From Macrostomum lignano (taxonomy: Eukaryota): a stretch of DNA of 64,000 nucleotides. Of the stretch, positions 1 to 9,405 are shown one piece after another (positions within the stretch are counted from its first letter, which is position 1; each line of letters opens with the position of its first letter). The translations under genes and the position numbers were made by a program. The DNA is taken from positions 1 through 64,000 of the forward strand of contig NIVC01002214.1 of the NCBI GenBank assembly GCA_002269645.1, in the 5' to 3' direction. A model generated the notes under the pieces. The model did not search any database and had not been told where the DNA came from. It saw only the letters and a program-made list of their open reading frames with translations.

Positions 1-277
1 ACTCAGAATATATTTTTCAAGGGAAAAGAGTCGGCGAACAATGAGCTTGAATGTAATGTACTTAGCTATCTTGAAAACCCCCGAGACCAGCTGCAGATTG
101 CAGCACTGGGCAGGCAGTGCACAGAGAAGCCCGCTTTCTGCTGTCAGTGTTCAAGCACGTGACCGCGCAGAACAGGGGAGCCTACCTGTTCCTAGACTTT
201 CACCCATCAACTCCGATGAGCTGCGAGTGCGGGCCAGAATTTTGCCCAACCAGCGACCCCATCTTGTATTTGCTTAA
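1..277 (+). pseudogene. C-terminus of Polinton packaging (A32-like) ATPase, broken by ~4 single-base indels
   Basis: Stitching three frames gives TQNIFFKGKES..MSLNVMYLAILK-NPRDQLQIAALGRQ..RFLLSVFKHVTAQNRGAYLFLDFHPSTP-DELRVRARILPNQRPHLVFA*, matching the typical Maverick ATPase tail (QN.F..GK.SRT.SLN..Y...KNPRD..QI..L.RQ...YL..D.HP.TPD.LR.R). Confidence 0.75.
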
Positions 278-319
278 GAAAGTGAAGCTTGTTTTTTATC
301 GGCTATTGTTTTCATCGCT

Positions 320-657
320 ATGGAAGTGCTTGATTCACATGCAAGTCTTTTTGCGGTTCTTGCGTCACCTAAATATACCGTGCGCTTCAAGCAGCTGTTG
401 ATAAAAAATTGTCCAAAAGAAGTGCGTTATTTTCTTGTTGAGGCCTGTCATAATCTCTTACAAACAATTTATCGTTTTCGATCGATGAAAAAGCTGTTCT
501 TGCAAAGTCAAAAGAGATAATTCGAAAAATTACTCAGCAGAGAAGAAAGATAGACTTGTTAAAGGCTGGCTTCATCAAAATACTCCCGATTCTGCTTAAG
601 CTGGTCAAGAAAAAGAAGCAAAATGAACAAATTTTCAGAAATGGTTCTGATTTCTAA
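320..657 (+). CDS. Small basic Polinton-type protein, frameshifted near 512
   Basis: MEVLDSHASLF..LLIKNCPKEVRYFLVEACHNLL..; adding one A near 512 continues as KEIIRKITQQRRKIDLLKAGFIKILPILLKL, resembling the small Lys-rich ORF that follows Maverick ATPases. Confidence 0.5.
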
Positions 658-1315
658 AGCAGAGTATGAGATGTTAGTGCAGAATTTGAAGCCAAATGAG
701 ACTAGCACTGACGCTGACTTGAAGCAGGCTCAGAAGAAATGCGATGATATCTTGTATGCCGAGGATTATCCAGAAGATGTGAAAACCGCCATGTATCAAA
801 GTGCAATGCAAAGTTTGCTGGCCAAGCGCAAGCACGCTGGAAAAGAAGGATCACGAAATACTGAAGCCAAGTTGATGAAAATAGAGACACCCCAGATGAA
901 CACCTGGGAAGAGAAGATCAGCAAGTCGGTGCCACAGAAATTCAAAACCAGGGCTCGCAGTCTATGGACGATCCTGTCCACCAATCCAGAGCTGATTGGA
1001 GTTTGTGAAAACGGAGAGGTGGAAATCGCAGGCACGTCAATCCCTTCCTCAAACATACTGGACTTGATTCAGCACGCAGTGAGGGATTCGTCATGTGAGC
1101 GTGAACCAGTTGGGTGGAACGAGTTCATCGATTTGCTGCAGCAGAAAAAGCTTAATGTTCCGCTTTCCGCTATTGGTAAATCAGTTAAGAAGAAAATGGC
1201 AACCAGCAGAGGGGGTGAACTGGAGAAAGAACAGGAGAGTCTAGTCAAGGGGTACGGGAGCAACACAGCCTGGCTGAAACTGCCTGGCAGAAAAGTATAT
1301 AAGAAGGTGGACTGA
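623..1315 (+). CDS. Conserved uncharacterised Polinton/Maverick protein (230 aa)
   Basis: Intact ORF with SVPQKFKTRARSL..GEVEIAGTSIPSSNILDLIQHAVR..PVGWNEFIDLL..NVPLSAIG, a motif series typical of Maverick hypothetical proteins. Confidence 0.7.
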   Translation: MNKFSEMVLISKAEYEMLVQNLKPNETSTDADLKQAQKKCDDILYAEDYPEDVKTAMYQSAMQSLLAKRKHAGKEGSRNTEAKLMKIETPQMNTWEEKISKSVPQKFKTRARSLWTILSTNPELIGVCENGEVEIAGTSIPSSNILDLIQHAVRDSSCEREPVGWNEFIDLLQQKKLNVPLSAIGKSVKKKMATSRGGELEKEQESLVKGYGSNTAWLKLPGRKVYKKVD

Positions 1316-1343
1316 CTCCGAAATTTCGAGGGAAAGCTGCATC

Positions 1344-1822
1344 ATGAACTACATTGACTTCCAAGGATTCCCGTGCAACAGCACAAGCAAAAACTTTGTT
1401 GTGAAGGAGTTGGCAGTTGTTCAAGTCAGAGCGGGAAGCTACCGAATTGCTCACCATGTGTACGCACCTCCGTATCCATGGGAGAGAGTCTCACCTGACA
1501 TGCGAGTTTGCTACAGACAGCTATCAAAGAGTCTGCACCAGTTTAAGTGGAATGATGGAACCCGTCCGTACATGGAACTGGCGGAAGACATTCTGAGGAT
1601 TGCCAGTGGTCCGATCTGGACAAATGGGGAAAGGAAGTCTATTTTCCTGACTGAGCTGCTTGGTAGACAGGTTTATAACCTAGAAGATTTGGGAGCACCC
1701 TCGACTGAAGATTCAGATACTGGCTGTGCAGTGAGAAATTCGTTGCTGCACTACAGTTGGCTTAAGCCAAAGTTCTGCATCAACTTAAGAAGCGAGCAGT
1801 GTCCGTGGCACACGAGCAGTAA
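1344..1822 (+). CDS. DEDD/RNase H-fold exonuclease-like Polinton protein; true stop probably 1820-1822 after a -1 indel near 1770
   Basis: YIDFQGF..FVVKELA..YAPPYPW..LHQFKWNDG..IWTNGERK..VYNLEDLGAP..CAVRN..WL. The ORF-track extension to 2195 is low-complexity and overlaps TBP. Confidence 0.6.
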
Positions 1823-1824
1823 AG

Positions 1825-2454
1825 TTGGCAGAAGCAGATTTGGTGAAGAAGTTGACGATCGAAATGAGCCCACCAGCTACAGCCCTAAGAGTGAGCAATC
1901 TGGTTGGCGGAGTAGATCTGAGGCTGGATGGTGGCAGGGGCGCTCAGCTACCTCTACGGGAACTGGCTCTCAGCATGGCTCATGTGATCTACCGGCCCGT
2001 CTGGCCCCGGGTGCTCATCAAGCGGATGCGAAGTCCCAGAGTGACTCTGCTACTCTACCCTACTGGGCAACTGAGCATCTGCGGTGCCAAGACCCACGCA
2101 GACGCCAAAAGGGCTGCCCGTCGCTTCGTGGCTATGCTGCATCGGAGAGTGCCAGCTCAACTGCTGCCTCCTCAAGCCATTTGTGTTCGGATTAAAACTA
2201 TTACTGCTCATGGTAAATTTAACTTCTGCAATGCTTTGTCCCTCACAAATCTTGCTGCCTCTGGCATACTGTCTTACGCTGAGTATGAGCCCGAGTCGTT
2301 CTCTGCTCTAATTTATACATTACGTTATTGTAAATGCTTGTTATTTCATACTGGTTCTTTTGTTCTTAGTGGAGCAAAATCTATGAGCATGTTGCGCTTC
2401 GACCTTTCTACGTTACATAGTTTAATCAGCCAGTTTATCACCTATCAAAAATAA
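1825..2454 (+). CDS. TATA-box-binding protein (TBP)-like protein, core domain only; first ATG at 1864
   Basis: Both TBP repeats align: VSNLVGGVDL..LRELAL..IYRP..RMRSPRVTLLLYPTGQLSICGAKTHADAKRAARRF and YAEYEPESFSALIY..CLLFHTGSFVLSGAKS. AATAAA overlaps the stop codon. Confidence 0.92.
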   Translation: MAEADLVKKLTIEMSPPATALRVSNLVGGVDLRLDGGRGAQLPLRELALSMAHVIYRPVWPRVLIKRMRSPRVTLLLYPTGQLSICGAKTHADAKRAARRFVAMLHRRVPAQLLPPQAICVRIKTITAHGKFNFCNALSLTNLAASGILSYAEYEPESFSALIYTLRYCKCLLFHTGSFVLSGAKSMSMLRFDLSTLHSLISQFITYQK

Positions 2455-3185
2455 ACAAAAAGTGTGTTCCGTTTGTTCTTGAATGTTTGCGTAAATTCAT
2501 TACGGAAAACCGCATCTTTAAATTATTTATTTTTATTTTTAAAAAATAAGTTTTAACTAAAAAATTAAAGGTGAAATGAGCATAGAATAATTGAAAACTG
2601 GGAGCTAAAACGCGTAATCAGATCTCTCCCCTCACAAAAACAGAAAAAGGGCATAGAACCCATTCCAAAAAGGTTCTGCCAAAAGCGAAATTGCTTAGAT
2701 TGATACACGTGAATGAAGAAATTAATTAATCAAACTCGACTGACACTCATACATGTAACTGGACCGCAAAATTACAAGATAGAGGCAAGAAATTTCAACA
2801 AAAGCAATGCAAAGAAATGTTTTAGCATCATGTTAAAAAATTAATAAATGAACATAAAACTCAGCAATAAAAATTTCAATACATTAAATTTACTGACTTT
2901 GCAATTTAATATTACGAGTAGAAATCGTGCAGTTACAAGGTACTGAAATAAAATTACTAATAAATTAATAGCTAGCATTAAGACTTCAGACAAAAAGTTC
3001 AAAAAGACACTAAAATTACGGTGAAACAGGGGAGGCAAATTGCTGCAACTTCTTCTATCTGAGATAGCAAAATTGAGACAGCATATAATTTAAACGGATA
3101 AAGGCGAGTATATGTTTGAAGAAACCAAAGACTAAATATTCAGAATAAAATGTGTAGAGGCCGTGTGATAAAAAGTTATACTCAG

Positions 3186-6100
3186 TCACTTATTAAATTC
3201 GTAGTCTTCTTCCCGTCGCCGCTTTCGGGAGGCTGTAGCATTCACGTGCTGTTGCAGCTGCGACGACTCCGGATGAAGAAGTTGAAAATGGCCAAACGGG
3301 AGACTGTAGTTCGGTGCCAGCCAAGCGCGCTTGTCCTCCCAAATGCTTAAGGCACACTTTCGCTGCTGCAGCGTGAATAGCCTGTGTTGGATGCTAGCGA
3401 TCCTGTGGATGATGACGGACATGCTACTCAGATCATTGAAGACTCTCAAGTAATCACTATGCGCAATCTCCTTCTTGACAACACATCCTTGAATGCCTTT
3501 GGCTTTTTTCTTTTCAGCAGTTGCAGTGCTAGCGAGAAAGGAATACAGCTTTGGTCTCAAAAGCAACCACTCGAGATAGCGAGCTCCAGCTCCTTCGTCC
3601 TTGATGCAACCGAGGCGAGCTTTCAATTCATTTGAGAACAGCGGGTGCTCAGGTGAATAGTTGGAAGTGTCAAGGAGTTTCTTTGCTTTTAGCAGTGGAA
3701 GAACTTCCGACTGCACATCCATATTCTGAATGCAAAGAAAGAGCGAGTCGGTGTCTCCACCACAGAGCCGAACACGGGCACCCTCTTGCTCAAGCCAAGG
3801 CTTCAATTTGTCGTAGAATAACTCGTACATGATTAGCTTCGAATAGTCAAGAACACACTGGCCAATAAAAATCGGACGATCAAGCTTGACCTTAGTCTTC
3901 TGGAATTCAATTATGCTCAGTGAGTCGGTAATTATGATAAAGTTCTTAATGGATGGTTTTGAAGCCAGCACCTTTGCTTTTGCAGTGTTGGTGCAAATCC
4001 GAATGTCACGTCGCTTACGCACGTTTTCCATTGTTTTTCCGAAGAGCGCATTGTTTTTTAGTTTGTAGTAGTCTTTCTCGAAGCTGTTTGTCGCAGCAGC
4101 TCTTTTCACGCTGTTCATGTTAACATAGTCAGCAAATATCGGCTCCTGTTTGTACTCAATCATTCGATTAATTCGTTTGATTTTCATTCCATGGCTCAAG
4201 TAGAATGCCAAGATAGCCGAATGAAGCACATAACTCTGCTTGTCATGGCAGGTGAGCAGAAGTTTTTCTGCCGAACGATAGGCTGCTTTGTCTCCAGTAA
4301 TCTGCCTCCAAAGCTGTTGCATGTAGGCAGGAAATTCTTTGAATTTTGGTGCTTCTTTTTCTGGTGCAAAAGGCAAATCTTCAGTGGTGGAATGTATCTC
4401 TGCTGGATATAGAAGATCGACATCGAGCAGATAAGCAATTGGATCTGAGATTTTGAGCCCTCGGATACGATCCTCGGTCCACAGCTGTAGCTCATCTTCG
4501 GAAAGCCAGCGAAATCCATTTGCAGGTAAGTTCATGGTAAGAGCTTGACCGTAAAGGTTGTTAGCATCTACTGCTAGAAGCTCGGTAGGAACAGCTTGAT
4601 CAGCGCCCTCGTCGTGACAGTCATCATCATCATCATCATTGTCATTGCAGATAGTCTGATTGTCAGCTGCTTCCAAATTTTTTCTAATATCTGGAGAGTT
4701 GGCTGACACTCTGTGTATGTTCACAAATGACATGCCACCGCGAATACCGCGCTCGAATGTTGCATACATTTGCGAATCCGTAATCAGCTCGATTCTGGAT
4801 TTGAGAGACTTCAGTGCTGAAGCAAAAGATAATCCCGGGGTTGAAACGAAATGCACCGGATCAAGGCCATCATCACGAAGGCTGAGCTTGCGAAAATTTT
4901 CAAAGACATCGGCGAGCTGCCGAATGTCAAGCTCAAGGTAGCATAGCATGTACTCTTTCAGCGTTTTAACTTGGAATTCATGCCATGCTTTCTGTGCATG
5001 CCTGTAATCCTCATCACTGCAGTGGCTTTTAGTCAGAACGTTGTAGAATTGTTCTTTACTTGGCAGCTCGGTATCCTCAAGGACATTTGAATTAGTTAAG
5101 TAGTCGTACGGAAAAGTGCATTTTCTGAATAAAACTTCTGGAGACAACAGTGGAAACTTACTTTTTAGCAGGCTAGTGATGGTGCACTCTTCTTCTGGCA
5201 GGTTCTTGATCAGCTGAGCCAAGCTGGCGTTGAGAAATTGGTTAGAATCAATGAATTGAATGGTAAAGAACAATGGCTTAGTCTTTCCTCCCCTCTCGTA
5301 CTCATCGATTTTGAAGTCAACTTTCATTGAAACAAACTGCTCAGGATTCTGTGGAATAACCGAAATCCTCCATCCATCCATGAGATCCAAAGCCGTTGAC
5401 ATAATGAGATGAAGGTCATAGCCTTTTAGATTGTGGAAAACCACAGGAAGAAAGCGCCTTTTTAGACGAGCCTGCATGTTGCACTGAGCACAGGCTGCAC
5501 CTCGGAATTCGCCACTGAGGTGATCATGATCCCAGTGCTTTCCGCTTTCACTATCAAAGCCGCTTCCGCAGTAGTGACACGATATAGCATCGCGGAAGCG
5601 TTGCTTTGCAGCCTCCGTTCTAATAGCCGTCTGATGACTGAACTCCGTGTTCCAGCCATAAACCTCTCGAGCTAGCTGTTCAAGGGACTGCAAGAAGTCA
5701 GAAACACACTTTTTCGGATTTTCACTCACAAATATGTTAACATCATTGTCGACTCCTATAGGTGATAACCCTGTGAGGCCTGCTCGGTGCACCACCAAGT
5801 AACCAGCAGCAACGGCAACATGCTCTGTCAGCTTTACAGTGCTCGAACCAGCTTCAGTCTGCTGCCCTGTGTGAGGTGCATTCAATGCCTCGAAGTCGGC
5901 GTACACAATGAATGGTGGGCTGATTGTCTTTTCCCACGCCGTAAACCGAAGTACATTGTGATCTTCATCCGGAAGTTCTTCCTGAACAAAAATCCCACCA
6001 GGCTCACAGACATCTTCACAGTGCTCATCGAACGCCTTGCTAGTGTGAAATGACAGCAGACATCGCTCACACCACTTTCGCTGGTACAGGTGGGCTTTAC

Positions 6101-7531
6101 TGTTCAACAATCTGTTGATGTTCGAGACAGCACACCAATGACCACCAGCTGAGTTCTCGTTCGTGGATGGTGGCAGAAACATCAGCAGGACAACTGTTCG
6201 TCCTCTCATGGTAGCTGCGCTTGGCTGTCGGAGGACTTCAGCAGCTTCATTCTCCCAGGTGAAAACAGTGAAGCAAAGGGTTGGATTTAATTCCTCGACA
6301 GCAGACAGATCGTACAAATTGATCGGCAGACTCAGTCCCGTAATGTTAATCTCATCTAGCCATTCGGTGTACGAGGATTCTCGTTGAGCTGACTTCTTAA
6401 TACGGCAGTGATCTTTGTGAAGAAAGGCAAGGCACGCGTAAACAAAGCAATTTTCACCGCTGCTAGGAGGAGAAATGACGGCCTTCTTTTGAAAAAGCGC
6501 AGTCGGCAAACTAAACCCAGCCGCATGCCCCGAATAGTAGGGAGTTCGAACAGCGAGGGCAGAGCAAAGGTCGAAGAAATTTATTTTGTCAATGGCCCAT
6601 CCACTGCCATTAGCGTTGTACACGTCTACTCTCTGCTCTAACTCTGCAAATTGCTGCCTCCACCAGTCATCAAATTCCTGCACATCAACCAGCATACAAA
6701 GATTTGTACTCATCCATTTGTTTTCAACATTGACTGCTTCTGCTGCCTGCACCCGAATCATGCGCACGTTTAGCTTAATTTGTGCTCTTAGCGAACAGTT
6801 GTCAAAGGAGTCAAGACGAACTTCGAGATACTGCAGAACCGCATGTTTGACCAGGTCTAGAAACTCGAATGGATCAATGTCAGCTGTTGGGGCGAAGCGA
6901 TGAATCTGCAGTACATCATCGTGGGCACTGTTCACCAAGGAGATAACACATGAAGACCCTAAAAATAAAATCGAGAGATAAGATAGTGAAAATCGAGAAA
7001 CATAAACTGAGAGTCTCATGATTGCTTATAAATCCAGCTCAATTAGCTATTCATAATAATCGATGTCTGTATTCAGAATCGAGGAGGGTGTTTTTGGATG
7101 TATACAATCGATATAGGTGTGCAGAGGTGTGCGAAGTCGAGGTGGGGTGTCCAGAGTCGAGGTGTGGTGTCCAGAGTCGAGGTGGGGTGTCCGGAGTCGA
7201 AGAAGGGATGTGCAGAGTCGAGGAGGGGGTGTGCGGAGTCGAGGAGGGGGTGTGCGGAGTCGAGGAGGGGGTGTGAAGAGTCGAGGAGGGGGTGTGCAGA
7301 GTCGAGGACGGGGATGTGCAGAGTCAGGGTTGGTGTACGGACTCGGGGTGGGCGGGTGTTATTACGCATTAATTAAAACTGAATTAGTTACACATTTCGA
7401 GTTGAAGGTTTAAAATTTTTCCACTTCAAATATTGGTAAGAAAATAATTGATTTTTTACATTAACAGAGTGGCAAAACTCACCTGCTCCTTCACCTGCTC
7501 TTCGCCTAGAACATGTTGTAGGATCCTGCAT
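3186..7531 (-). CDS. polB: Protein-primed family B DNA polymerase (Polinton pPolB, endonuclease-VII-insert type); main exon 3186-6958, probable first coding exon 7483-7531
   Basis: 1277-aa ORF: ExoI IVYADFEAL, ExoII FHNLKGYD, motif A DANNLYG, motif B KLKNNALFGK, motif C GGDTDS, KKKAKGI; Zn/HNH insert CHYC..DHDHLSGEFRGAACAQCN; N-terminal GSGW and LPTALFQKKAVI..NCFVYA. The 5' end of the ORF reads like an acceptor (tttttAG at 6960-6959); a GTGAGT donor at 7482 gives in-frame MQDPTTCSRRRAGEGA|GSSCV. Confidence 0.95.
7100..7330. repeat. G-rich 20-21 bp minisatellite (gtgcagagtcgaggagggggt), ~10 copies, in the putative polB intron
   Basis: Directly visible tandem units. Confidence 0.9.
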
Positions 7532-8293
7532 GTTGCGACTGCCGGCTGCCAGGCAATGCTGATGCAGATTTGTCTGCTTCCAGCTTCGAATTGATCAATT
7601 TTAAGGCCAATGGCAATGCTTAGCTTAAAAAGGAATAATTAAGAAAAATGCAAAGTAGAGATCGAATCTAGTTAAGATGCTCTTATTCTATTCGCGATAT
7701 TGAGACTTAGCAACGAGCACCAAGCTATAGAAAAGCAGCCCGCGGATAGTAAAAACCTCAAAATCAAAACTAATAGTCGAGTAATGCGAATAGGTTGCCA
7801 TGATGCGATAGCTTTTAGCATCAAATCCACCGATACGAGTTGATTTGCTATTTTACTGTCTAGTTTGCGTTTTTTTCTAAAATTAATTCAATGTTTATTA
7901 TGAGAAAAAAACAATGCAAAAACAACGTGTATTTGGGATAAACGGCTTTGTAGCAAGAAAATAATTTAGAAGAAGAAACTTTTATTTAGCATTAAATTAC
8001 AAACTTTCTGCATAGAAAGCAGTATAATTCATTATAAGCTACCATGTACATTCTTGCTCTCCTAATAACTAAATATTGGTATCAAAGAGCCTCCAGCTTG
8101 ATAAACTGCTTAGCCCAGCCCAACGAGATAAATCACAGGTAACATGCACTGAAAAGATTAATTTAATTTAAGCAGTTTTTAACTTCTTTTAGAGCTCCTC
8201 CCCTTATCAAAAGTCCACTCATTTTTGTAGAACTTTTTTTGCGTGCTAAAAATTCGTTTCCCTTGCCAACAAAATACTCCAGGCTAAAGCAAA

Positions 8294-9322
8294 TTAAGAG
8301 TTACTCAAGCGAATACGGATCCCCCCTCCAAAGTCAATTGAGTACTCGCCCACAACGCTACTCGGTAGGACGAATTGAAGGCAAACTGACGGTGCAGCCA
8401 TCGGTTCAGCGGCTTGGACTCCTGCTGATTGTTGAACCACCGGTGGGGTAGCATGAGGTTCGACTCCTGCTGATTGTTGAACCACCGGTGGGGTAGCATG
8501 AGGTTCGACTCCTGCTGATTGTGGAAACTCTGGTACCACCGGTGGGGTAGCATGAGGTTCGAAATCTCGTAGGAGATCAGACAGGCTGGCATCCGCCATC
8601 ATTCCAGCCATATTTTTTCCAGCGACTGGAACAGCCCTGTGCGGTGGCTGCTGCTCGACCGTGGCTTTTTCGTTCGTCTCCTCCGGCTCCAACTCGTGCT
8701 CCTCAAAGAAAGCCGTGTCCAATTCTGGCGGAGCAACAAAATCAGCGGCAGCAGCATCATCGTCATGGCGATTTACCGGTGTCTGAAGACTGAGAGCACC
8801 AGCCGCTGGAACGTCAACGCTGGCAGCTTGATGGTCGATGCCAGCAGGTCCAGGAGCAGCAGCTGGATGGTCGACGCTGGCAGGTCCAGGAAGGCTGGCA
8901 ACATCAGCTGGATGCTGATCTGCAGCAGCAAGTGCAACGGAAATCAAATCAAAAGTACATGTAGTTGAAATTATTGCAGATTGATTTCGCACACCTTGAA
9001 TCGTCTGGCTCAGGGTGCTGACCGGGGCTCGATGACGCTCGATCATGTTGAGTTGCTCCTGGCGGTGGGCGGCCTCCAGTACAGTAAAGCGGGCTCGTTC
9101 GATGCTATCAGGCGAGCTCCAATTAATGATGGTGTGATTTTTATGGGCCCGAACTTGGCGGCGCACATTGAACAGCTCAGTTGTCTGGCACTCGTGGCAA
9201 AGCAACCAGCGACTTATAATGCAGCTGTCTTTTTTGTTATGGAGCTTTAACCCACCGAGCTCACATGAATTGCAGCTGATGCACACCTCGTGCACGTAGG
9301 ATGGACACCGAGATTTATTCAT
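8294..9322 (-). CDS. Orphan Polinton ORF (342 aa): Cys/His-rich N-terminus, Ala/Pro-rich middle, three 15-aa repeats
   Basis: Open 1029-nt ORF; CISCNSC and CHEC..H motifs; (EPHATPPVVQQSAGV)x3; TATATAA on - strand at 9399-9405. Confidence 0.75.
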   Translation of the reverse strand: MNKSRCPSYVHEVCISCNSCELGGLKLHNKKDSCIISRWLLCHECQTTELFNVRRQVRAHKNHTIINWSSPDSIERARFTVLEAAHRQEQLNMIERHRAPVSTLSQTIQGVRNQSAIISTTCTFDLISVALAAADQHPADVASLPGPASVDHPAAAPGPAGIDHQAASVDVPAAGALSLQTPVNRHDDDAAAADFVAPPELDTAFFEEHELEPEETNEKATVEQQPPHRAVPVAGKNMAGMMADASLSDLLRDFEPHATPPVVPEFPQSAGVEPHATPPVVQQSAGVEPHATPPVVQQSAGVQAAEPMAAPSVCLQFVLPSSVVGEYSIDFGGGIRIRLSNS

Positions 9323-9398
9323 TATTTAAAAATCTATGAGAAATTTAGTTTAAAATAAAATTTAAATTTAAACTTCTCATATGCACATATTTAGCCTC

Positions 9399-9405
9399 TT
9401 ATATA
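9399..9405 (-). promoter_or_regulatory. Candidate TATA box for the 342-aa ORF
   Basis: TATATAA ~77-83 nt upstream of the ATG at 9322. Confidence 0.4.

Noticed and set aside
1344-2195. 283-aa ORF overlapping TBP, or an exonuclease-TBP fusion
   Set aside because: Family similarity ends near CAVRN..WL (~1770). A -1 homopolymer indel gives a natural stop at 1820-1822, and the TBP frame has its own upstream stop at 1786-1788.
2841-3038. Hydrophobic 65-aa ORF in the Polinton spacer
   Set aside because: Non-ATG start; hydrophobicity is explained by AT-rich composition.
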